Source: Spongospora subterranea f. sp. subterranea (Eukaryota). From it: 20,000 nt of DNA. The notes under the pieces are model-generated. The model saw nothing but the letters and a program-made list of their open reading frames with translations, was not told the origin of the DNA and made no database searches. Every line of letters begins with the position of its first letter. Position 1 is the stretch's first letter. The translations under genes and the position numbers were made by a program. Of this stretch, positions 11,661 through 20,000 are shown one piece after another. Location of the stretch: the NCBI GenBank assembly GCA_049724395.1, contig JAUGWO010000115.1:123870-143869 (forward strand). Reading direction: 5' to 3'.

Positions 11661-13470
11661 GGATGTTTTCGCTGAAGTTCGCGACAAATGTAACTGCGGG
11701 ACAGCTATGTAGGAGTATATTTCATCTCAATTGGCTACTCCTCTGCACTGCCCTTTTCGAGCTTCAACCAGTATCTGTTGAGCGCGAGGCATTAGCTGTT
11801 AATAGTTAATGACGGATCTCTCATGAAATGGAAGGGGCGTTCAAACTCAACGAAAGCAGCAATTTGGTGAAACAATGTGTTTCGTCTTGTTCGATTTGGG
11901 AGGCCAACCAAGTCGAAAATGATTCGAATTTCGGGCCTGCGTTTGGGTCTAATTCGGCTTGTAGTTCGCATTATTTTTTTATTAGTCATGGTTGAGCAAC
12001 GAGCAAAGACCGCTGCAGTCCACGAGCTCTTCGTGTACGTGATTTTTGACCGAAGATCTGGGAACTTCGTTATTTGATCACCGGTGCATGGATTAGATCC
12101 ATTTCATCGATAATGCACTGATCATCTTCGCTGGAGATTTATTGAAATTTAACCTTTGTCGTTGAATTACACCAGAGTGCGACTTGCGTCACCTGTTATT
12201 TCAATACAATCTGTGCAAGGTGATCAGATTTTATTCCTCGCTTTATCCTTTTTCACCCAACGCCTTTGCCGTCAGAATTAAAATGATGGTGCGATTGAAA
12301 ATGCTGGCCGGACATATTACACATCATTGTTGTCGACGAGTTCGTATCGGGCAGGAAATGCAGATCGGCAAAGATCCACTCTGGATAATGGACATGTATT
12401 GAGGCCGGATATGCTGTCCGCGAAATTGTGGACCATTGTTTGACTTCTTGGACATGTCGCAACGTCTTTTGACGATGACTCTGCAGATGCGACGACGTCA
12501 TCGTTGTTTGCATTATCTCATGTAATTGACTGTAGACTGTTCAGATGTCGTAACGACGTTATTGTTGATTATATCAGCTTTGAAACGGTGATTGAGCTGT
12601 CGTTGTCGCTGTCGGAAGATATATGGCATTGGGAATGGAATGGGTGATTTCAGCGCCAAGAACTGCCGTCGTTAATGGAAGAGCATCGCAATTTGTTGAA
12701 AAATCAATACCCCAACTAGGACGGGCCCCAGCCCACAACGCAGATTGACATCGTCCACCACACCATCTGGTCGAGTATGTTTACGGAATCGTGGCGATGG
12801 GCCTGAAAAATTACAAGCCCGACCATATTTTCACCAATCGATGTTTTGCGTTTTCAATAATTCTCTCTCTCGTGCATCATCATTCAAATTTACCAGTTGG
12901 AAGCGTTAAGCTCTCAATGGCGTTAAGTTGGCAATGGAGTTTTGAAATTCTCAATTACATTGTGAAATAAGCCAGGTCATTATAATATAGACCCAGTCTC
13001 GCCATTGGCGTGGAACCGGCTGGGAGTTGATTGTATAGGACAGCAATCGGTCAAGGAGGTGATCAGACATCTGAAGGCTGTTCCTGATGCTTGTAGCCGT
13101 TTTTACAGACCGTACCTCTACTGACGGGCGACCAGATGCGGCATCGATAGGAAAGATAACCAAGACAATTAGTGAACTGCTCTAGCAAAATTGGTAAAGA
13201 AGCAGGATTCAAGTACTGTAGCGAGGCATTGCCCATTTTTCAAACAAAATCAAGAAAACAGGAAGAGAGGCAGAGGAAGGAAAACTCACCGCAATGAAGT
13301 CATGAAAAAACGGGAGGAGATACAGGTCAAACAGATCTCTTAATCAACTGGAAAATTTTCGGAAACCTTGGCAATTCGTGGGGACCCTTCCATATCATGC
13401 TCAAAACTGTTCCTGACTTCCATTTCTCCAGGTCTGGGTCTGACCATGGAAAACCGGGCTATGCTCAGAT

Positions 13471-13618
13471 TGGACTATGGTCTATGATTGACTGATTATA
13501 CAAAGGTTGGCGGGTTCTCATGGGTCGAGTAATCCTGTGTACTCCCAGTTGTTTCCCTACTTCAGCCTGGCCGCTACAAGTACCTTTGAGTATCCACTGG
13601 AGGAACCTATTAGACCAG
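13471..13618 (-). mobile_element. Second ~135-nt copy of the retroposon 3' module, with degenerate tail
   Basis: CCTGGCCGCTACAAGTA...GGAACCTATTAGACCAG matches 8092-8144 and the reverse complement of 19816-19867; degenerate tail TAGACCATAGTCCA on minus. Confidence 0.75.
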
Positions 13619-13727
13619 ATTACAGTTGGGATAGGTGCTATAGTCCAGTGGCCATGAGATGATTCTTTGACGCTTCCACAGCGTTCACCGTTTTCTGTTT
13701 TCTGTGATCTTCGCTTTGCAAATATTC

Positions 13728-13773
13728 ATCCGCACGACCTGATTTCGCCGTTCGGCTCATCAGACCGCCGGAT
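13728..13773 (-). ncRNA. Hammerhead ribozyme-like motif (type I, minimal)
   Basis: Minus strand ATCCGGCGGT-CTGATGA-GCCGAACGGC-GAAA-TCAG-GTC-GTGCGGAT: intact CUGAUGA and GAAA core, helix II closed by the conserved G10.1-C11.1 pair, GUC cleavage triplet; helix I imperfect and helix III minimal. Confidence 0.5.
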
Positions 13774-14325
13774 TGGTCGCCCTCTTGTTACGCGGGAGAA
13801 TCGCGTCGAACGGGCCCCATTGGAAGTGTGGATTTGACTCCTCTGGGATATCTTCTCGCAAGCAGCGGCCTCAACGATTGGCTAGCGCCCCGCTTGGAGG
13901 TATGGCGAGTTGAAGTTGACGTTGATCCTGGTATTATATATGCGGTATCACCAGTGTCAAGAACACGATGCATCGCGTGGGATGATCTGCTTTAGCATTT
14001 TCTCGTTCTGCAAATTTGAAGTGTAGCATTTATCTGTGCCATTTGTGAGATTCAGTTGTCTTGCCGCTTCCGAAGATGTTCTCAGGATATTTTTTGCTGC
14101 GACATTCGAAGCATCCACTGTGAATGGTACCCTGTTTTCTGTTTGTGTGTTGAACTAAAACTTTGCCATAATTTTTTAGGAGGCGCGTCTCCGCTCAGCT
14201 GCCGAGAGATTTACCAGGCACATCCTGTATCAACAGACTCACTATTATTTCAAACTATTCAAAAAGTTGCTGTTCAAAACAACCACCTTAAATGGACGAA
14301 TTACTCTGTATTAAATTACTGCCAA

Positions 14326-15710
14326 TTATAGAACAGGGTAAATCGCGGCGTAGCATCGAAGGAGTCTCGTTGGTTCTGACAGTATTGACTTGAGGAATAG
14401 ATTTTTTTCCCGACTAGTATTGGCTTGACCAAAAGCCTTCGTTTTCCGAATAGATTTGGCTTGATCCCGAATAGCCAAGGCTAAAGGAGTAGCCTTTGTT
14501 TTCCGATCATTTCTTGCTCGAGAATTTTTTTTTTTTTTGGGAATAGGGGCTTGAGTAATTTGAGGAATAGTACTGACTTTCAAAGATTCAAGTAGGCGTT
14601 GGAGCTGGAACGTGGCTTCATTTACGATCCCAGCTTGACGCTTCTTTATAATACGGTAGAGAGACAAACAAAATAAATCAGATAACATTTTTCCTGCTTG
14701 GTCAGATTGTGAGTCCCTCGAGTATATTATTTTTCCGGATCGCTTATCAGAAATGAACCAGCGCATAATGGCCGGGGCAACGTATTGAATGGCTTCGTCT
14801 TCCTCCATACCGCATAGCGACAATAATACAAAATCCGCTTGTAAACAGAGGTTCATAGAAAAAATCTGCACATAATAACGGCTTGTGGAGCGGATCACGT
14901 TGCCGATATGGAGCAATATTTGCTTGATTTCGACAGCATGAAGAGGATACTTTGTTGAGATAGCGTCACTTTCGTGTTGGTACAGCCAGGCATCTTGATG
15001 ACCCCCTGGATTTTTAGCCTTTTTCAAATCAGCAAAGGGGGGAAGTTTGTTCTTGATATACAATATCAGACGTTGGTACACACTTGGTGTTATTAACGAG
15101 ATGACAGGTTCAGGACCCATGTTCAGGCCGAAACCTGATCCGGAATCGGATAAGCACTTGCTAATCAAGATTCGGAGATCCTCGGCGGCCTCTGATGTGG
15201 CCTTAGGAAAGACAATGTGGTGAAAATTCGTGAATGGGACATGATCAACATGGTTTTCCTGATCATTAATCCTTTCAATTGACTCAGCAAGATGTAGAAA
15301 TCTTGCTTTCATGTCTTTTTCTGGTACAAAAACGTTGGGGGCGAACTGCCAAAACCATTGATAGTTTTGATATCTGTAGCGTTTTCTTGGAGTACGTTGA
15401 GTGGTGATCGTACCAGGAGGTGCCAAATCGTAACTCGGCAAACGGGAAGCGATAGAGGGCGACCCAGTGGTCAACTGATTGGCAGCTGGGGGGATGGTTG
15501 GAGGGACGTAATCTCGAAAAACAGATCAAACTCTGTTCTCATCATGAGCGGTTCGATGATATTCGAAGAACTTTCATCTCGGAAGGAGTTTGTTATGGAG
15601 GGGACTGGATCTTCTGATGGTTGCGTGATGAAAGGGGGTGGAATTGTTTCATCAAGAGCCGATACGCAACGAAGTACCTCGATGGCTATGATTACCTGAA
15701 AATAGACCAT
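14326..15710 (-). CDS. Intronless orphan protein (~460 aa if one frameshift is corrected) with possible signal peptide and basic NLS
   Basis: 382-aa ORF 14326-15474 is open up to ~15525 and joins ORF 15471-15800 by adding one base in the A5 run 15517-15521. N-terminus MVYFQVIIAIEVLRCVSA (ATG 15710), Pro/Ser-rich linker, PKKKKNSRARNDRK near the C-terminus. No family recognised. Confidence 0.55.
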
Positions 15711-15736
15711 GACGACAGAATAATAATGGAGCGGCA

Positions 15737-15827
15737 AGTTGTCATGATCCGAAAGTCTTAGGCTGCGCCCGTGATACACACTTACACAGTTAGTTGTCAT
15801 GATCCGAAAGTCTTAGGCTGCGCCCGT
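15737..15827 (+). repeat. Perfect 36-bp direct repeat (AGTTGTCATGATCCGAAAGTCTTAGGCTGCGCCCGT)
   Basis: Copies at 15737-15772 and 15792-15827; it duplicates the left terminus of the adjacent element. Confidence 0.95.
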
Positions 15828-16444
15828 CATTCTCGGGTAGACTTGCGCACGGTGCTTACTTTTGAGTTCGCGCACTTGAAGTTCGCGACAATATGCGCAA
15901 ATCACGAGTCGAGTCGACACCAACCAGGACAGCACCCCTGACTCCAACGGTACTGTACACGCAGTCCGTACTCCGGAATGATAGGCAGACTTGTCGGAGT
16001 CGACTCAAAAATGACTCGGAGTCGACTCGGAGTGACTCCAGGGTTCGCTTGAGTCGACTCCGAATCACTCAACAAAACTTGGAGTCCTCGAGTCATTGAG
16101 TCGACTCCGCATCTTCGGATCATGACTTATCCCCCTTTTAGAAGTAGACCCCCACGACCTTCCAGCCCCCGTGCGACTTCCTAAAATATCCTCTGAACTG
16201 GTGAACACGAGATGAGAGACGAACAAACAGAAGAGAGACGAAGAACGAGACAGAGAAAGAACAAGACGAAGAACTCCAGTGAGGCGGGGAAGTCAGCCCA
16301 TGGAAGGTATATAAGGCAACCCCCATGCCGTTACATGTAAGCCGCGAGTGATCCCAAAATGCTGTGAACATGAGAGGAATCGAACTCACGACCTTGATAG
16401 CCATCATACGATGCCACAGACCTAAACACATGAAGGTGATGACA
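15795..16444 (-). mobile_element. Solo-LTR-like element (TGTCAT...ATGACA) containing a MITE-like inverted-repeat segment 15796-16126
   Basis: Inverted termini TGTCAT/ATGACA; TATATAA 16308-16314 next to a GA/CT-rich tract; tRNA B-box-like GGTCGTGAGTTCGATTCCTC (16374-16393, -); 13-bp inverted repeat GTCATGATCCGAA at 15796-15808/16114-16126; four GAGTCGACTC palindromes. No clean TSD. Confidence 0.55.
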
Positions 16445-17060
16445 AATTCAAAAATTAGTGGTTGAAATTGTGTCTGATCAATGCTTGAGATTACATGAAC
16501 TCAAGAACTTCAATACATGCAACGAATGAGTTTGTCAAAGTTGAAAAAAGTGAAAATAATTACGCAAGACAAAAGTTTCAAGCATTTTAGGGGATCTTTT
16601 CAGGGCAGTTCAACTTCAATAAATCCTTCGTGTTCAAGTGGTAAGTTCCAGTTGACATATGAACACAGTAGCCCCTATGAGCTCCCCTATCAAACGTTGG
16701 CGGGCCGCGAACGAATGATTTGCTTGGACCCTGACGATTGAGTATCCTGGCGATCTGACCACATTACCGCTCGCTGAGATGTAGTAACATCGTCTGACGG
16801 TAACTGTAACTGCAGGTGGAAGAACACCTTTCATTGCGATAACAATGTAATCGCAATGTATCGGCAATTCAACGAGCTCATGAAAACCACTTCAGCAGTC
16901 AAGTGCTGATGAAAATCAGATTACCGGTAATGACGAACGCTAAATCGAACCGGTTTCGCGCCGGGCAAAAAGTTTCATTGGCGTGAATCCAGCTGATGAA
17001 GAGTTTGAGGCGCCAGATGGTTTGTATTTGTCCAACGTTTTCATCGCCAGAAGCTATCAG

Positions 17061-17208
17061 TGTTAGAACAAGCCAGAGCAGTTGATATAACTATCGATTT
17101 ATTGATGCCTGAGCGAGGTGTTGACAAGAATGACCTTAATTGGTCAATTCTTGTCCGAAAACTGCGTCTGAACTGCGCGAGTTAGGAATATATGGAATAA
17201 TCCTAACA
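17061..17208 (-). repeat. 3' LTR (148 bp) of the Ty3/Gypsy element
   Basis: TGTTAG...CTAACA inverted termini; begins right after the polypurine tract AAGGAGGAGGTGA (17209-17221, -); AATAAA on minus near 17098-17103. Confidence 0.8.
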
Positions 17209-20000
17209 TCACCTCCTCCTTAAGGACGGGCCAGGCTTAAGGGGATACTGGGCATGAAATTTCTGAATCGCTTCCTGCAATGCCGGCGTTGCGCCGAGGG
17301 TTCGTGCCGGTTCCCACGATCGCTCCGATGGTGGATAGTTCTCCCAATCGAGATAGTACTGGAGTTGGTTGCGGTACCACCGAGAGTCGAGGACTGCATG
17401 GACAATATAGAGTGGTTCAGGGTTATGAGAATCGAGGATCACGGGAGGCGGTGGCGGTTGAGTACGCTCTGGGATATCATTCTCTATATATGGTGACAGC
17501 AGTGCGGTGTGGAAGGCATTATGGAGCTTGGACGTGTCAGGCAATGATAACCTATAGGTAACTGGATTAATGATCTCGGTTATCCTATAAGGCCCAAGTT
17601 TGCGACTGCTTAATTTAGCACTAGGACGGTTAGTCGAGATGCCGTTGGAGCTTAACCAAACCTTATCGCCTACAGGGTAGTTCGGATGCGGTAATCTTTT
17701 TTGTCTGCAAAACGCTTCATATCCCGGGCTGCACGTTGGAGCTGTGTCTTAAGGAATTGTCGCACATTGTTAATGTGATTCGCGCGATCGTCAGCCAAAA
17801 GATGGGTACTAACGGAACACGTTGTCGCATCGTCGAATCGGGGATGGGGAACCGTAAACCGCCAAAAATGGCGTCATCTTCGTCGCCGAGTGATCGGCAT
17901 TGTTGTAGGCGAACTCGGCCATGGGTAATAAATCCGCCCAGTCGTCCTGTTGAAAATTGATAAAACAACGTATGTACTGTTCCAGGATTTGGTTCACTCG
18001 TTCGGTTTGTCCATCGGTCTGCGGGTGTCGAGAGGATGCGAGTTTCCTATCGATCTTGAGTCGAGATAAAAGTTGTTTCCAAAACTTCGAGACGAATTGA
18101 GGTTCACGGTCTGAAATAATCTCGTCTGGTAGTTCATGTAGTTTGAACACATTCTGTAATAGCAAGTTGACTAACTCTGCAGCAGTGAGCGATTCTTTAC
18201 AAGGGATGAAATGACTCATCTTGGACAATCGATCCACCACGACTAAAATTGAATCGAAACCTTTAGATTTTGGCAACTTGACGATGAAGTCCATGCTGAT
18301 TGAGCGCCAAATATCATCGGGAACCGGCAATGGGCAGAGCAACCCGTGTGGTCGATGACGACTGGATTTGGCTCGGCCACAAACATCGCACGATTTCACA
18401 TACTTCTTAACGTAGCAGGTCATTCCGGGCCACCAGTACTCTCGTCCTACCGACTTGATGGTCTTGGAGACCCCGAAATGGCCGCTTACTGGAGCGTCGT
18501 GACGTACTCTGAGAATGTCGAGTTTACAGTCCTCTCCCGCCACGACGAGTGCTTGGTCCTTGTAAAGGGCGTCGTCGTGTAGTCGAAAATCGTCTATGGG
18601 CAATCTCGAAATGATGTCTTGAACGAATGCGTCCGATTTCTGGTTAGTTTTGATGCGCTCCAACATTGGTTGCGGAAAGGTAATTCTCGCGGCACACAAC
18701 TTCTCCGGAGGTGGTCCTGGTTGATCGGGTCGAGGCAACAGTTGGTCAGGGCGCAGTATCGATGTACGTTGAAAACTCCAGCTAGGGTCCTTTGGTTTGA
18801 TCTCGTATTCTGGGCGTCGCGACAACGCGTCGGGTTTTCCAGATAGGCTACCAGGTCGATGCACAATGACGAACTGATATTCCGCGAGTCGCACTGACCA
18901 GCGTGCTTGGCGACGATTGAGAGTTTTGGATGATGTAAAGTAAATCAAGTTCTTATGATCGCTGTATACCGTAATTTCGTGCTGTGCGCCCTCAAGGAAG
19001 TGCCGCCACACTTGAAAAGACGTAACGATCGCCAGCAACTCTTTGTCGTGGACGTCATAATTTAATTCCGGCGCCGCCAACTTCCTTGAGTAGAACGCGA
19101 TTGGATGCAATTTACCATCGAGTTGTGGCTGTGAGATAACGGCCCCCAGCGCGAAATCAGAAGCGTCAGTCTCCAATATGATCGGTAGATTCGGGTCAAA
19201 GTGTTTCATAACAGGCGCCGTACGCTCGTTTCAGGGTCACGAACGCTGACTCGGCCGCGCTCGACCAAGTAAATGGGTGGTTTTTTCTCGTCAGCGCCGT
19301 CAAAGGTGAAGATATTTTGGCGAAGTCAACGATAAACTCCCTGTAGAAGTTAGCAAAGCCTAAGAAACTTTGGACGTCCTTAGCTGTCGCTGGAGTCGCC
19401 CAGTCAAGGATAGTCTCCACCTTGCTTGGGTCCATCTTGATGCTGCTGTCGGTGACCAGATACCCGAGGAATTCGACTTCCTGAGCGTCGAACACGCATT
19501 TTTCGAGTTTTGCAAATAAACCTGCTAGCTTGGTTCCTGTCTGTCCCTGTTGGTGGCAGGCATGTCCGGGTCAGTGTTGGACATGAGTTCGAAACCCCGT
19601 GAGTGATGGAATTTTGGGAGACCCCCCAAGGTTGCATCCAATACGGAAAAGTAGAGTGAATGTTGAGCACGAAGGTCTGACCACGTGGCCTCTAATGAAT
19701 GTGGGAGAGCGAGCTGCTTGCAGTAAACTCGGAAACTCTGGATAGGCAATGTAATCAGGTGGGGGCAGGTCCCATTCGGTGTGGTCGTTAGGACAGATTA
19801 TGTTGCTGAATCCAGCTGGTCTAATAGGTTCCTTCATTGGATACCCAAGCTACTTGTAGCGGCCAGGCGGAAGTAGGGAAAGCCTGGTAGTACACAGGCT
19901 TACTCAACCCATAAGAACCCGCGATCCTTTGTATACCATACCATACCAAATAAACCTGCTGAACGCAACTTGGTCAGTACTAGTCGAACATTAACGTCGT
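17209..20000 (-). pseudogene. pol: Disrupted pol polyprotein (RT C-terminus, RNase H, integrase, chromodomain)
   Basis: KLEKCVF..VEFLGY, VQSFLGFANFYR, ETDASDFALGAV, NYDVHDKELLAI, HDAPVSGHFG..CDVC, SMDFI..ISDR..QTERVN, VGDKVWL..LGPY, YYLDWENYPPSERSWEP. Frameshifts near 19220, 17850 and 17700, plus the insertion 19527-19946. Confidence 0.95.
19527..19946 (+). mobile_element. 420-bp non-coding SINE-like or 5'-truncated non-LTR retroposon inserted in the Gypsy RT
   Basis: TSD CAAATAAACCTGCT at 19513-19526 and 19947-19960; 3' tail TATACCATACCATAC; removing the insert and one TSD restores DVNVRLVLTKLRSAGLFAKLEKCVFDAQEVEFLGY. Confidence 0.92.

Larger units (their letters stand above)
17061..20000 (-). 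mobile_element. Degenerate Ty3/Gypsy chromovirus LTR retrotransposon (5' part outside the window)
   Basis: Domain order RT-RNaseH-integrase-chromodomain followed by PPT and LTR. Confidence 0.97.

Noticed and set aside
12720..12830. GGGCC/GCCCGAC motifs resembling DNA-transposon subterminal repeats
   Set aside because: No TIR pair or TSD found.
15737..15827. 36-bp direct repeats as a CRISPR array
   Set aside because: Only two units, a 19-bp spacer, no cas genes, eukaryotic DNA.
16340..16440. tRNA gene on the minus strand
   Set aside because: Only a T-arm/B-box-like piece; I could not build an acceptor stem or D-arm.
16900..17010. Two further CTGATGA motifs and palindrome ATTACCGGTAAT as hammerheads
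   Set aside because: Neither is followed by a helix II plus GAAA in the right arrangement.
18090..18145. Two G>E changes in integrase (LHELP, SDREPQF) as a hypermutation signature
   Set aside because: Two sites are too few; it needs a family consensus and a mutation spectrum.
19865..19895. GCCTGGTAGTAC resemblance to 5S rRNA
   Set aside because: Short match, not kept in the other copies, no extended 5S alignment.

Overview
Eukaryotic, intron-rich DNA (short GT-AG introns; a protist or fungus-like organism, not identifiable from sequence alone) in a transposon-rich accessory region. It contains: (1) the 3' part of a multi-exon Cys-rich/multi-TM membrane protein gene (1-2976, +); (2) a tandem duplication (period ~4.13 kb) of two secreted NodB/CE4 polysaccharide-deacetylase-like genes that have lost catalytic and metal-binding residues and have near-identical ends around a divergent core; (3) three copies of a ~135-nt structured module with a (TACCA)n tail, one in a 420-bp insertion with a 14-bp target-site duplication that splits a retrotransposon RT; (4) a hammerhead-ribozyme-like motif (13728-13773, -); (5) an intronless orphan ORF with a possible signal peptide and NLS; (6) a solo-LTR/MITE-like repeat rich in GAGTCGACTC; (7) the 3' half of a degenerate chromodomain Ty3/Gypsy element with a 148-bp LTR. 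All alignments and translations were done by eye.
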